A DNA stretch of 64,000 nt from a virus, in the IMG/VR virus record IMGVR_UViG_3300046777_002658, positions 1 through 64,000 of that record; one strand, 5' to 3'. Numbering within the stretch: the stretch's first letter is position 1; each line of letters begins with the position of its first letter. A model generated the notes under the pieces. It made no database searches and was not told where the DNA came from. It saw nothing but the letters and a program-made list of their open reading frames with translations. The position numbers and the translations under genes were made by a program. Below, in pieces: positions 44,401 to 54,884 of this stretch.

Positions 44401-47400
44401 TACAGCAATCAAGGTGGTATTTATAAAGCAGAAGGTGGAGCAGCGACTATTCGTCATGCTGAATCAATGCTGGGAACTATGAGAGGTATAGGTATTCTCA
44501 GAAGGAGTGAGTATAGAGACAGATCTTTAGCTGCTTATATTGCTGTTGGTCTGTCTGATGAACAAGCAAGAAGGAGAACAGAAGAGCAAGAAAAAGAAGT
44601 ATTCAAATTACAAGAGTTGTCTGGTAATAGTTCAAGCAACCTGTTCTTCTTTCCTTATAGAGTCACAGAGCAAATCTCTGGACGATTAAAGAACCTACAG
44701 AGCGGTAGACCTCTAGAAGCTGCTTCTGCTAGATTTGCTACCTATGCCCATACTTTAGGAGTTGTTGGTAACGACAGTTATAGTGATTTATCTAATATGT
44801 TGTCTGGTAACATCTTTACAAGCCTACCAGAACATCAATATAAGTATCTGCAACAGTTAATTATAGACCACGGCAGTTATGAAAATGTTTTAAATTATAT
44901 TCGTACTAATATTCATGGTGATTCTTTAAGTCTAGTCAGAGGTTTACTTGGAGGATCAGCGCCTAAAAGAGTTTTACAGAGCATGGGTATCTCAACAATG
45001 TCTGACTTTGCTTATGTAAACTCAGAGTATAAGGACGCAGATAAAAACTCTTTAGAGTATGCTTACTTGCACAAAACCTCTATGAGTTTTGATACTACCC
45101 AAATTCTTAGTAACGTCGAGTTTGCTGGTAAAGTAGCCAGAACTTTAACTAAAGGTGTAACCTTCCTTGCTAAAGATACTCTTATAGATAATGTTAGTTT
45201 AAACAAACATCTGCAAGATAAGGTTCTAGAAGATATTGCAGCCATTGACTCAACTATCACTGGTAGTTTTAAAGAGCAGTTGCAAAAGTTGGATAAGGGG
45301 CAACTAAAAGATCTAGAAAAACTAGTTGCGCTGAAGTATAACACTGTCCAGTTTAAAGCCTCCAAAGGTCTGTTCTTCTTTAAGAAAGGTGTTCACTCAG
45401 CAGCAGAAGGCAGCAGCATAGAGGAAAGGCTGCATAGCAAAAGGCTGATAGGTGAGTTTCAAGAGACTAAAGGAACTTTTACTATTAATGGTTTTTACCA
45501 GTATGAAAGTATGGGCGGTCAAGAAAAGGCTGCTAAACTAATATCCTTTAAACTACCAGCTACCAGTCAAAGAATATATGGTGGTGTGACTGTTTTGCAC
45601 GAACAACCGAGAGTTTATTTTAGTGGTTCCTCTACTCTAAACCTAGAAATGGAGACCTCAACCATCGGTAGAGATAGTTCTGGTAGGAGACCAGGTAGCG
45701 ATACTAATAAAGGACCAAACTTATATCTTGCTGGAGACTTGTTTGACTTCTTAGACAAGTACAGTGGAACAAATAAAAACCTACTGCCTGACAGAGTTAA
45801 AGATCAAAAGATTTATTCAGTTATCTCCCCATCCCAGATTAAAGGTTTTAATTTTGAGCAAGGGTTGATGCTAATAGAGCAGAGACATGGTAATAGGTTT
45901 TTAGACCTAATAGAAAGTGATAGAGGTGGCAGAGCTGTCGCAGAAGGTCTAGCCTTGATGATGCTACAGTCTAAGGATAGCAATGAAGTGACCATCTCTG
46001 AGCTGCTTGGTCAAAGTTTAATTGATGAGGGTGGGGACAGAAAATCAGTAGGCTACTCTTTTCTTATGAAGCCTGGTGGAAAAGCTGTTGGTAAGAAACT
46101 ACCAGAGAAGGATAACAACCCAACAATCTCTTCTGCTTTACAAGGCAGCTTTCTTCTGTATGACCAGTTTGGATCTTTGGCTTTACCAGAGTTTTTGAAT
46201 AGTAACATGACTATAAGCCAAGCTCTCACTAAAACTGTAGCCCTAGCTCTTGGTACTGGTAATGATTCAGAGAAAGCAAGGCTGCACTTGAAGAATAGAA
46301 GTGCTGAAATCTTTAGGCAAGTTCAAAGAAAAAGTGATAAGGAATTAGGTGTTTTAGACCCTTCTAGATATATCTTCAGTGATGGGTTTGATAGTAGGTC
46401 AGCGAGCGTTCTGGCTTATCTAGTAAAAGCTGGGCAAGATTTGTTAGGTAAAGTTGATACAAATGCTAGGTTATCAGGCAACTCTATCAGTGAGGTAAAC
46501 CCTGCTTACTTTATGGGTACTGAAAATAGAAGAAGGTATCTAGGTGAAGTAGCAGGAGAAGACTCTAAAACCAGAAGAGCAATGTTAGCTTCTGTTAGAA
46601 GAGTGGCTGCTGGCTTAGGAGTACATCTACCAGCGCCAGAAGAAATTAATAATGCCAACGATGCTGAAAGAGGCATACTTGAAAGAAGACTAGAATACGG
46701 TCTTTCTCAAGTTAATGCTATGCTGCGCTTGAATAGATTCTTGGAGTTTGGTATGGAACAACTACCAAGCAAAGTATCTGTGGCAGTTGGTATGCAGAAC
46801 ATGACTAAACTAGAAGGTCAGTATGCCTTAGAACTATCTCAGCGGGAGTTAGGTTTGTTTACCAACACTTTGCAAGAGAAGCAAGATGTTTTGACCATTC
46901 AAAAGGCTGTTCTTTTACTAGGTAGTTTAATGGAAGGACATCTGCCAGACCCCTATAAAGCTTCTAAACTGTACAGTTTAAAAGTTACTAATCTTGCTTC
47001 TGCTAATGAAGAGGCAGGGTTTAGTAAAAGTTTACACTTCTCAACTAAATTCCTGAGTAACTTTAGTAGAGTAGCAGAGAAGACCTTGCCAACAGTTGTA
47101 AAAGGAAAAAGAGGATTTAGCACTCCCTTAGCGGAAGATGCTGTTCTAGCTTATATGTTTGGTGCAGATGCCACTAATGCTAACAACTTAGTAGATAAGA
47201 TGGGTTTAGTAAGAAGTCAAGTTAGCGGGATGGTGTTACCTTCAGCTCAAGATGCCGAGTTTGGTGTAGACCACAGAAGAAGATTGTTAGAGCAGACTAT
47301 CCTCAGCGAACTAAAGATTGATCCAGAGCAAAGAAAAGCAATCCAAAACGAAGTTATAGGAATTATAAAAGACTTTGAGCCTACAACTCGACTAAAGGCT

Positions 47401-50400
47401 ATTAGAGGTAGCAACCCTGGTAGACAAGACTTTATTAATAGAAACCTTAGAAACGTTATTATAGAGCGTGCAGAAAGAACTTTGCAAAAAGGTGAGAAGC
47501 TCATAGCTCCAGTCTCTTACTACGAAGACTTTTTCTACAATTTAACAAGAGGATTAGTTGATAAAGAGCCAGCAGTTTTAAAAGAGTTTTCTGACCCAGA
47601 CACACAAAAAGTTGCTACTTACCTAACAGACGACTTGCTTAGAGCAAGTGGTGTATATAAGCATTACCAAGGAGAACTAAATGAGAGAATCAGAGCTTCT
47701 CAAACAACTGGTACTGGGCTAGAGTATATCAGCTACGGTCTAGAAGTTTTGAGAAGTGTAAGCAGTAAGTTCTTGAGCGGAACTGAACCAGAGAAAAAGA
47801 AAGCTCAAAGCTTGTATGACTCTATAACCAAAACCCAAAGGTTGGTTCTGCCAGTGCTGACTGGTTATGGAATGAAAGAAGGTCGCTACGAAGTCAGCTA
47901 TGCTTCTACAAGAACTGAAAGCCCCAACCAGGGTTTGCTGTTAGGGTTAGACCTAATGCAGAAACTTTCTTTGGTATTCCAAGGTGAAAGCCACGCTGCG
48001 CTGGATACACAAGTTGCTTTGGTAAGACAACTAGACGCTACAAAAGGCATCTTACAGAAGCTTAGGTCTGGAGGAAAAGTAGAGTTAGATGACTATGAAC
48101 TAACTCAGTACCGCAGACTAGAGTTTTTAATGAGAGAATCTGTTGAAACCACTGCTCAACTGTTAAATAATCAAGAGACTATCAGACAAGCCGGGAATGA
48201 CAGACTGAAGTTATCAGGTATTAGTGCGATCGCTATGTCAAGCTTGTTATTAGCTGATGATGAAGTTGGCTTTGGCTCAAGATTTGATGAAGTGACTTCT
48301 ACAGGTGATAGATCTAAGTTTGGGTTAAGAGGGCAGATTGGTAGAATGCACAGAGAGCTTGTTAGTCGAGCTAATCAGGTGTCAAATGCTCAAAGAGAGC
48401 TTGACAATATGTCAATCCAATTAGCAAAAGAAACTGGGACTGGGATAAGTGGTAGAGAAGTAGAGCTTTTAGTAGGTACAGAGCACAGGAAGATGAGCTC
48501 TTTAATCAATGAATGGAAAGACAACCAAAGAAAACTAAAAACCGTTGAGAGGCTTGCTGCTTCAGCCAGACAAAACAGAAGTTTAACACAACGTGAAGCT
48601 CAAGAGATAGAACAACTTGGGGCTACAGATAAACAAGCGGGAAACCGTCTTGTAAAAATCAACTCCTATGTAACTAAAAAGCTTTTAAAGGCATTTGGTT
48701 TAGTCTACAGAAAAATAAGAGAAGCACCAGAAGTAGAAGGTGAAAGATATAATTTAGTCGAAGTAACCAAAACTAGACCTCTTATTATAGGAGGAGAGGT
48801 AGAGTCTTACGCTAAAGACGGCAGTAGAATTAAACGCTATAAAGAGTATGGAGACTTAGAAGTTGGCTTAAAGGATTCTAATCATATTATAGCCTTCAGT
48901 GATATTGATGAATTTGAGAAAATAGCCACAGGTAAATTAAGAAAAGAAGGTATTGCTATTGGAAAAAGAATAAAAGCTCAAGAATCTTATATACAAAAAC
49001 TAGAGACTAAACTTAGAGAAGCTCCTTTTATACTAGCTAATAAGCAAAGTGAACTTGAGTTATATTTACAAGACACAGCAACCAAACTAAACAACCTTAA
49101 GTCAGCCTTTTTAAAAGAAGAGTTAAAACCTAATCAATTAATAGCTGTTACAGACTTAAGACCATTAATATCCTCAGACAACAGAGTTGATTTCTTAGAG
49201 TTTGCTAACGAGTATATCTTGAAGCTCTTAATGTCTGATAATACTAAGGCTACCTCCAAAGAATATGAGAAAGACAGAATATTAAGAGAGAAGCTAAAAA
49301 CTATTCCTTTGTTTGAGAGGCTTTTAGCTGCAAAAAGAAGAGATGCAAAAGCCTCAGCCAGAGCAAATTTTAATCTTATTGAAGGTGTTTACTATAATGA
49401 TGCTACTAACGTTAGACAAGGTAGCCCTTCTGGGGCTTCTGTACCAGCTGATAGTGGGACAAGATTTGTTAGTATAGTTCCTGTAGAGACAGAACTGGCT
49501 GGTAGAGCCGAGGCAACAAAAACTTTTATAACTCCTGCCCAGCAGCAATCTAGTACAGTAATGCTGGTAGCTGCTTTAGGGCAACATTATACGCAATTAG
49601 GGGATAATGACGGTGACAGTTTCCAAGGTGCTGTTACTCAGTTAGCAAGCATAACAAGACTAATCCAGCAGCAGCAAGAGAAGATTCAAAAGTTAGCTGC
49701 TTCTAAGAAAGACTATTCACATGATGTTTCTTTATCTGATGAGCAGATAGAACACTTTAACAATCTTAATGAAAAAGCTGTCAGAGCAGAGTTAGCAGAG
49801 TTAGAGGTCCACAGAGATGTGTTGCTAAAAGCTTATCAAGAGAAGAAGTCTAATGCTAGTGCTAAAGCTGCTGAAGGAATGAGAAGGTTTACTGCTACCT
49901 ATACAGCAGTGCCAGAAGAAATGATGGGACCCAGCGGAGTTCTAAGAGATGAGCAACATCAACCACTAGTTAAGCAATATAGAGACACCTTAGATGGTGT
50001 TTATGGAAATACTAAACACGCTGTAGATGCTATTGGAAATTTAAATGCTGACGTGTTATCTAAATTAGAGTTAACACAATCTGGTACTGGCTTTAGGGTT
50101 GATAATCTTACTGATTTAAATTTAACACAAGAACAGCAAGATGGGGTTAGAGCCGAAATTGATTGGTATAACCAACAGTTTGGTAGAGACCATCAAGACC
50201 AACAATCCTTTAAAGAAGCTATCATCATCCAGCAAGCTACTAAAGCTAACGTTAACGCTGCTGTGAGCAACGTTAGTAACAAACAAATTCCAGCTGCTTT
50301 AGGGTCAATAGTTGATGACCAAAGACTAACAGAACTACAGTCAATTCTTGGTGCTTCTGGTTCAGGTTTGTTGGGTACTACATATAATACTGTAGTTCCT

Positions 50401-53187
50401 TTAGTAGCCCTAAAGATGGGTGAGTTGACAGCTCAACAAACTTTAAAAGGTGAGCAAGGTAGGTTCTACAGAATGTCACTGGCTGCCGGTCTTACAAAGG
50501 AAATAGCCAAGGTTGAGAAAGAATTAGTTCTTGACCGCCAAAATAAAACACTACTAGCTATAAAAAACGAACTAGAAGCAAAAAGAAATACCTACTTTTT
50601 CTCTACTGAGTCTATGGCTACCAAGCTAAGACTACAAGAAGGTAAAAAACAGGTTGAAGTGGCTATGAGATTTGTTATCACCACTCAACAGTTCTTAAGA
50701 GACGCTGGTATCAAACCCAAAGAAGATAAAAGTAGTGCTGTTAAAACTACAATCCTAGAAGAAGCTGATAACTTTACTCTGTCAGGTAGTGACTTAGAAA
50801 AGTATGGCATCAGAGTAGATGAAGGAGAAACTAGCGTCCGAGGTTTGACAAACATTTTTAATAGACTTACTGGTGAAGACGTAGCGGTAAGAAATAACAG
50901 AGAAAATATTCTAACCAGATTCTTAGGAGACAAGGTTGGTAATAATCTAGATATTTACCTTGATGGGGAAGACAGACCGGACGGAGATATATCTAATAAG
51001 CAAATTAGAGCCTTCACAGCCTTAAAACTGATGACAGAATATGTCTCTGGTAGGTTTGAAGATACCTCTTCAATGATTGCTGGAAGCGTATTTTCAGGCG
51101 TTTTAAGCTCTCTAAGAACTAATAAGAAGTATAGTAGTTTGTCGGATGACGAGTTTATACCTAAACTGATTGCTAACCTGACTAGTAGTTTTCAATCTGA
51201 GTATATTCTCAAGAACACAATAGAAATAGAAAACCAATTATCTTTTGCCAGCACAGGTAAAGAGATACTAAACTTTTATGGAATAGAAGCTGACGGAAGT
51301 TTAAACAGAACTGCCATAGATAGTATTGTTGATAAAAAGAGAGCTTCTCTTTCTGGTGAGGATAAGTACACAGGAGAAGAGTTAGACAAGTTAGAGAAGT
51401 ATTTAAAGGGCTATAGAGATGAACAACTAGACCGACAGCAGGCTATTGCAGAAGCAACAGTTAGAAAAGGGCTGACAGATGACTTCAAAATATTTGAGGC
51501 TGCTTTAGCAACCAGTATCAACAAAACACTAGAGTATGACCAGCAAAGACTAGAGAATCAAATAGTAGAACTAAAAAGTCTGCATTCTACGCTAGGTCAA
51601 ATAAGAGAAGGTGGAGTTCCAAATGACCTAGAACAAAACTTAAATCTTTATACAACTGCTTTTGCTAACCAACTAGGAGCTGGCAAGATTGACTCTACTA
51701 TGTGGTCTGGCTTCTTTGCTGAGTCGTTACCAGAAGTCGCTAGGTTAGCCAAAGAGCATGGTGACGGTTCTGAGTCATCATATAAAGCCTTCTTTTCTTT
51801 ACTGGGTCTTGAAGGCACATCTATACAGGGAGATTTAACAGATAGTAATAGTAAGGAAGTCAACAATAAAGTTTTGGCAGCAGCAGTCAGTCAAGGTATG
51901 ACACCAGCAGACAAGCTAGAGCTGGCCAAAGAGTACACAAGGTTTATGGGTGGCAATGTTGACTCTACAGCTTTACAAGTCGAGCTTGATAGCCTGGATA
52001 AAGAAGGTAGATACTTATCAAAGGATGCTGAAAGAGTATTGCTACAGCAGTCAGGTCTGTCTGTCAAAGCAGCTGAGACCTTTGCTGCTGGTATAGACAC
52101 AATTAGAAACCTCTCAGAAACAGCTTCCGCTGCTGAGTATGCTGCCAGCCAGAGTGCTTTTAACTATACTAAAGCTGACTTAAACTTACAATACACAAAT
52201 TTGATAGCTCAACAAGTAGAAACTGCTAATAATACAGACATATCACTAGAAGAGAGGGAAAGGCTAAACGTTGAGTACGAAGCTACTAAAAATCATATAG
52301 AAACTCAGATGTTACAAGCTCAACAGGCTGTCAGAACAGGTGAAGTGGTTAATAGTCTTAAAGAAAGAAGAGCAGTTTTAAATGACACCGTTAACCAACT
52401 GCAGGCATCTCTTAACCAAACTGTTGAGGCTACTATCAAAAAGTCTCAGGAGGATTATGTCACCAAAACTACTAAAGAACTGACAAGAGTTAACGCTGCT
52501 TCTGAAGCAGTTAGCATATTTACTATTCCTATTCTGTTTGCTCTAATGCAAGGTAAGTCATCAGCTTCAGAGCAGGTTATACAAGGGGTAACAGATACTG
52601 CTCAAGCTTACCTTGGCTCTAGTTTTGCTCCTGGGCACAACTTAGAAAAAACAGCTGAGAAAATGAGAGAAGCCAGAATAAGAAGTAGCTTAAATATGAG
52701 CGGTAGCAGCACAGCATCCTTACTAGGAGCTACAGCTTTTGAAGCTATTTTTAACGCTAGTTCTGTTATCTCTAATAAAGCAGTACAAGCTATATCTGAT
52801 AAGATCGGTGGTTTTGCTGCTACACCAGGAGGTAGATTTGCTGGAGAGTTGATTGGTGGTGTCTTGGGCATAAGTTTAGCTGGTCTTGTTACTAACAGAA
52901 AAGCTGGTCTACCAGGAGAAAAAACAACAGAGCAAGATGTTGCTGACAGAATTATTGAAGGTATTAAGCAGTCAGCTCAAGCTGCTTCTGCTAGATACAG
53001 TGAAATGATTATTGCTAAAGCAAGTGTTGAAGTGGAGGGAGAGGATAATGCTAGTGTTGAAAGTCATTTAATAACGTCAGATTATCGAGAGGATGGTCAC
53101 TTATCTATTATGGAGAAAGACGAGCTTACTGGAGTAACTGCTAGAACTTATGAAGGTGACCAAATACAAACTTGGATGGAGGGCTAA
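41425..53187 (+). CDS. 3920-aa tape-measure-position protein with two PLD-type motifs and two-barrel RNA polymerase motifs (candidate virion RNAP fusion)
   Basis: LHAK(246-248)..ISTQN; HSK(502-504)..SSANFT..NIETG; GRRPGSDTNKG(1420-1430)..ISPSQIKG; NVRQGSP..LGDNDGD(2727-2731); hydrophobic Gly/Ala C-terminus; adjacent to the G/GT chaperone. Confidence 0.7.
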   Translation: MEENSNLLDNNNDYDDYSEELYNNNTLTEAPTEQEIRENPFRSLIEYNINHGGGINKFFDSSDYNQSDPFKAAANLSISFNQKMLGVEARTQREYLEFAVQVQADRLSSAIGSYEADMQRATGHNLAGERVETYKSPNGFLTRPTQYDTYSLFSNQEAREMGLRLSMYQLPETNTVVGISQRSRSSTEIVTQSFLNSDQSRRDLSSTNSQRSMRVLVGNEVASNILNRNENINVYGVGMPQGANLHAKVGYLYTNNSLETDYKDTLRNQKAQTAFISTQNITSALPKANTSEEMLVLSRGDIYRSNNQNPLTYRDSILDEREEIRNRLIDQLKGVTDAIASLAKSQQRQVEKSFRESVKQVTKDNITSLESMRAGANSSVFVNEDILIEIKNKVKDAAEKSSTKKVVLSIQYLENIFLDNSSNSSSRYDNDVRIPMLNALELLSKQGRLSLATSSVSFAPDQGLFNILDKFHSNEITGYSKTVLKTLLDNNSFSILPTSFAHSKTFAIFDMPESRPDLNKLKLDSFGISSANFTRNAFENNIETGLILDRDSLRGLTDREQQDITNYYYYGVSNFNRLRAQGSFVESRGNAEQTEKLIGILTSMGGQESRERVSGSPFVFSRRYDINRGVELSGLDIQIRGLGQGAKGYSFSVTVGQEYGQNGYEPIVYLSKNNRVINGMIYKNDSSQALQLYNGEYLAPGETRQFSALEVVAGLVDTLRHTTLFEASRGSLQTAIKSMTTATRLQGLSRVLGNLLFEQAQLKNYMSWLDSQGSGFTDVMTNLHQRDAGARGWLNNILNDGKDQNIATKTLASLAERLSIPLSQSSLGTEVASRLPERTAQILDILNKEIGGDRRDVATTTAGMVKALDRLLMNSLDNSQTATLYTDLLRMIVQQDAVANDIYERSQQRAKQELFSQMTSAFMQPHELRYSFGQALYKRPVFSINNDLSKLARSQNTLGLLLSPHGLRHGESLGDTYIRAIADSVRFTERDLYSNQGGIYKAEGGAATIRHAESMLGTMRGIGILRRSEYRDRSLAAYIAVGLSDEQARRRTEEQEKEVFKLQELSGNSSSNLFFFPYRVTEQISGRLKNLQSGRPLEAASARFATYAHTLGVVGNDSYSDLSNMLSGNIFTSLPEHQYKYLQQLIIDHGSYENVLNYIRTNIHGDSLSLVRGLLGGSAPKRVLQSMGISTMSDFAYVNSEYKDADKNSLEYAYLHKTSMSFDTTQILSNVEFAGKVARTLTKGVTFLAKDTLIDNVSLNKHLQDKVLEDIAAIDSTITGSFKEQLQKLDKGQLKDLEKLVALKYNTVQFKASKGLFFFKKGVHSAAEGSSIEERLHSKRLIGEFQETKGTFTINGFYQYESMGGQEKAAKLISFKLPATSQRIYGGVTVLHEQPRVYFSGSSTLNLEMETSTIGRDSSGRRPGSDTNKGPNLYLAGDLFDFLDKYSGTNKNLLPDRVKDQKIYSVISPSQIKGFNFEQGLMLIEQRHGNRFLDLIESDRGGRAVAEGLALMMLQSKDSNEVTISELLGQSLIDEGGDRKSVGYSFLMKPGGKAVGKKLPEKDNNPTISSALQGSFLLYDQFGSLALPEFLNSNMTISQALTKTVALALGTGNDSEKARLHLKNRSAEIFRQVQRKSDKELGVLDPSRYIFSDGFDSRSASVLAYLVKAGQDLLGKVDTNARLSGNSISEVNPAYFMGTENRRRYLGEVAGEDSKTRRAMLASVRRVAAGLGVHLPAPEEINNANDAERGILERRLEYGLSQVNAMLRLNRFLEFGMEQLPSKVSVAVGMQNMTKLEGQYALELSQRELGLFTNTLQEKQDVLTIQKAVLLLGSLMEGHLPDPYKASKLYSLKVTNLASANEEAGFSKSLHFSTKFLSNFSRVAEKTLPTVVKGKRGFSTPLAEDAVLAYMFGADATNANNLVDKMGLVRSQVSGMVLPSAQDAEFGVDHRRRLLEQTILSELKIDPEQRKAIQNEVIGIIKDFEPTTRLKAIRGSNPGRQDFINRNLRNVIIERAERTLQKGEKLIAPVSYYEDFFYNLTRGLVDKEPAVLKEFSDPDTQKVATYLTDDLLRASGVYKHYQGELNERIRASQTTGTGLEYISYGLEVLRSVSSKFLSGTEPEKKKAQSLYDSITKTQRLVLPVLTGYGMKEGRYEVSYASTRTESPNQGLLLGLDLMQKLSLVFQGESHAALDTQVALVRQLDATKGILQKLRSGGKVELDDYELTQYRRLEFLMRESVETTAQLLNNQETIRQAGNDRLKLSGISAIAMSSLLLADDEVGFGSRFDEVTSTGDRSKFGLRGQIGRMHRELVSRANQVSNAQRELDNMSIQLAKETGTGISGREVELLVGTEHRKMSSLINEWKDNQRKLKTVERLAASARQNRSLTQREAQEIEQLGATDKQAGNRLVKINSYVTKKLLKAFGLVYRKIREAPEVEGERYNLVEVTKTRPLIIGGEVESYAKDGSRIKRYKEYGDLEVGLKDSNHIIAFSDIDEFEKIATGKLRKEGIAIGKRIKAQESYIQKLETKLREAPFILANKQSELELYLQDTATKLNNLKSAFLKEELKPNQLIAVTDLRPLISSDNRVDFLEFANEYILKLLMSDNTKATSKEYEKDRILREKLKTIPLFERLLAAKRRDAKASARANFNLIEGVYYNDATNVRQGSPSGASVPADSGTRFVSIVPVETELAGRAEATKTFITPAQQQSSTVMLVAALGQHYTQLGDNDGDSFQGAVTQLASITRLIQQQQEKIQKLAASKKDYSHDVSLSDEQIEHFNNLNEKAVRAELAELEVHRDVLLKAYQEKKSNASAKAAEGMRRFTATYTAVPEEMMGPSGVLRDEQHQPLVKQYRDTLDGVYGNTKHAVDAIGNLNADVLSKLELTQSGTGFRVDNLTDLNLTQEQQDGVRAEIDWYNQQFGRDHQDQQSFKEAIIIQQATKANVNAAVSNVSNKQIPAALGSIVDDQRLTELQSILGASGSGLLGTTYNTVVPLVALKMGELTAQQTLKGEQGRFYRMSLAAGLTKEIAKVEKELVLDRQNKTLLAIKNELEAKRNTYFFSTESMATKLRLQEGKKQVEVAMRFVITTQQFLRDAGIKPKEDKSSAVKTTILEEADNFTLSGSDLEKYGIRVDEGETSVRGLTNIFNRLTGEDVAVRNNRENILTRFLGDKVGNNLDIYLDGEDRPDGDISNKQIRAFTALKLMTEYVSGRFEDTSSMIAGSVFSGVLSSLRTNKKYSSLSDDEFIPKLIANLTSSFQSEYILKNTIEIENQLSFASTGKEILNFYGIEADGSLNRTAIDSIVDKKRASLSGEDKYTGEELDKLEKYLKGYRDEQLDRQQAIAEATVRKGLTDDFKIFEAALATSINKTLEYDQQRLENQIVELKSLHSTLGQIREGGVPNDLEQNLNLYTTAFANQLGAGKIDSTMWSGFFAESLPEVARLAKEHGDGSESSYKAFFSLLGLEGTSIQGDLTDSNSKEVNNKVLAAAVSQGMTPADKLELAKEYTRFMGGNVDSTALQVELDSLDKEGRYLSKDAERVLLQQSGLSVKAAETFAAGIDTIRNLSETASAAEYAASQSAFNYTKADLNLQYTNLIAQQVETANNTDISLEERERLNVEYEATKNHIETQMLQAQQAVRTGEVVNSLKERRAVLNDTVNQLQASLNQTVEATIKKSQEDYVTKTTKELTRVNAASEAVSIFTIPILFALMQGKSSASEQVIQGVTDTAQAYLGSSFAPGHNLEKTAEKMREARIRSSLNMSGSSTASLLGATAFEAIFNASSVISNKAVQAISDKIGGFAATPGGRFAGELIGGVLGISLAGLVTNRKAGLPGEKTTEQDVADRIIEGIKQSAQAASARYSEMIIAKASVEVEGEDNASVESHLITSDYREDGHLSIMEKDELTGVTARTYEGDQIQTWMEG

Positions 53188-53711
53188 AGATGACTAGCGG
53201 GTCATTTGTGGAAAGTAACAGGTATAAAAAGATTTTAGCTCTAACAAGCAAGGCTAATTACTATGTTCTAGGATTTGGAAGATATACACCTTGGACTTTA
53301 GACTTAACGCCTCCTGTTGTATCAGGAGTAGAAACTAGCGTAGACGAATTATTTGGTTTTATTAGAGTTATACAAATTACTGGTGTTGCTAAAACAACTC
53401 AACAGCTATCTGATTTTAGTGTGAATGGTGATTATTATAAAAAATTACCAAATACTGTACAAGATTTATCTACTGCTAAGTGTAAAGAACTATGCTTTGA
53501 AGGAACTCTGACTCATTCTGAAATAACTCAACCTAGCTGGAGGTCATTGAGCTTACATGAGTCACCTACAGCTCTCACACTTACAGGATTTATTACTGCT
53601 ACTTTAGCAGGCTTATCTTTAACTTACCTAGCACACTTTAGACCTAGAACTAAAGAGAGTGGTGCAATAGAGACTATCCGATTGATACTTCCTATTGATG
53701 GAGGGCTGTAA
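53172..53711 (+). CDS. Baseplate wedge-like protein (T4 gp8-like pattern)
   Basis: YYVLGFGRYTPW....PP...ELFGFIRV. Confidence 0.5.
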   Translation: MDGGLKMTSGSFVESNRYKKILALTSKANYYVLGFGRYTPWTLDLTPPVVSGVETSVDELFGFIRVIQITGVAKTTQQLSDFSVNGDYYKKLPNTVQDLSTAKCKELCFEGTLTHSEITQPSWRSLSLHESPTALTLTGFITATLAGLSLTYLAHFRPRTKESGAIETIRLILPIDGGL

Positions 53712-54850
53712 TGGCACAACTATTTGGTTCTAATAACCCCTTAACAGCCCAACTAATAGCTCTAGCACTCCCAAAAAGTGATAGTAAAAAACCTAACAAA
53801 TCTACAGGTGCAGCATCCAGAGTCATAACGCCAGCTATTGTTGGTAATGACTTGGTTAATGCAAACGCTCGAAGAAATAAAAAAGACTCTTTTACAGTTG
53901 ATTATTACGTTGGGGAAAAAGAAGGTCAAGCAAATTATTTAAAGTTTACGTTTGCTTTGCTACCAGCTATAGATAATATTGTTAACTACTCAGCTTCTAG
54001 TCCATTCAGGGGTAATGAGAGCGTACCTGAAGTGAAGCCAGGTATTCCTATCAGAACTGCTATGAAGCATAGAAATACTGTTATTCCTGGTGGTACCAAC
54101 GTTATTCAGACAATTGGAATAGATAGTAAGTACATTGTTTTGGTAGGGGCTTTTGTTGGCACTGAAAAGTCAACTAGTGGAGATTCAGTTGGGGCTACTT
54201 TCTACGACACTATATACCAAAGAGCTGGAAACCCTAAAGGGCCGCTACCTGAGTATAGCTCTTACAAACAAGCAAAGTTTTTTAACGATGAAGTTGTAGA
54301 AAAAGGAGCTCCTGTTACTATAACTATTCAGACAGAGGGACAAAAACCTGATGATTCTATTAAGGTAACTGGTGTAATAGTAGACTTTAAGATTCAGGCT
54401 GTTAGGGAAGCTAAGACCTACTATGCTATGACTATTCTTTATACCAACAGTCTCAGAAATAAAACTAAAGATGCAGCTGCTACCACCACTGAGCCTACCA
54501 CCACTGCGCCTACCACCACTGCGCCTGCTCCCTCGTCAAACATTCCTACTAGTAATAACTCCACCAAAACCACAAAACTGAAAACACTACCGGCAGGCGA
54601 GGTTGGAAAGCAGCTAATTGGTAGAGAGTGGAACCAATACTTAGCTAGAACCGTAGGAGAGGTATATGATTTTTGGGGCGAAGCAGATGGTTCTCATCGT
54701 GAAAAACTAAGTAATGATATGTATACCTTCAGATACAAAAGAAAAGACAAGAGCGGGAACGTACTACGTCCTAACAAGGATAATATTATTGTTATTACTG
54801 TCGAGTTTAGCTCGGATAAAAATAGTTGGTTTGTGACTGATGCGTATTAA
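53711..54850 (+). CDS. Probable tail tube initiator/virion protein with Thr/Pro linker
   Basis: PGGTNVIQTIG...V.LVGAF...KITGVIVDF; linker encoded by three 15-bp repeats at ~54480-54526. Confidence 0.5.
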   Translation: MAQLFGSNNPLTAQLIALALPKSDSKKPNKSTGAASRVITPAIVGNDLVNANARRNKKDSFTVDYYVGEKEGQANYLKFTFALLPAIDNIVNYSASSPFRGNESVPEVKPGIPIRTAMKHRNTVIPGGTNVIQTIGIDSKYIVLVGAFVGTEKSTSGDSVGATFYDTIYQRAGNPKGPLPEYSSYKQAKFFNDEVVEKGAPVTITIQTEGQKPDDSIKVTGVIVDFKIQAVREAKTYYAMTILYTNSLRNKTKDAAATTTEPTTTAPTTTAPAPSSNIPTSNNSTKTTKLKTLPAGEVGKQLIGREWNQYLARTVGEVYDFWGEADGSHREKLSNDMYTFRYKRKDKSGNVLRPNKDNIIVITVEFSSDKNSWFVTDAY

Positions 54851-54884
54851 TTGGTTTGTGGCTGATGCGAAAAAGTTAGACTAG

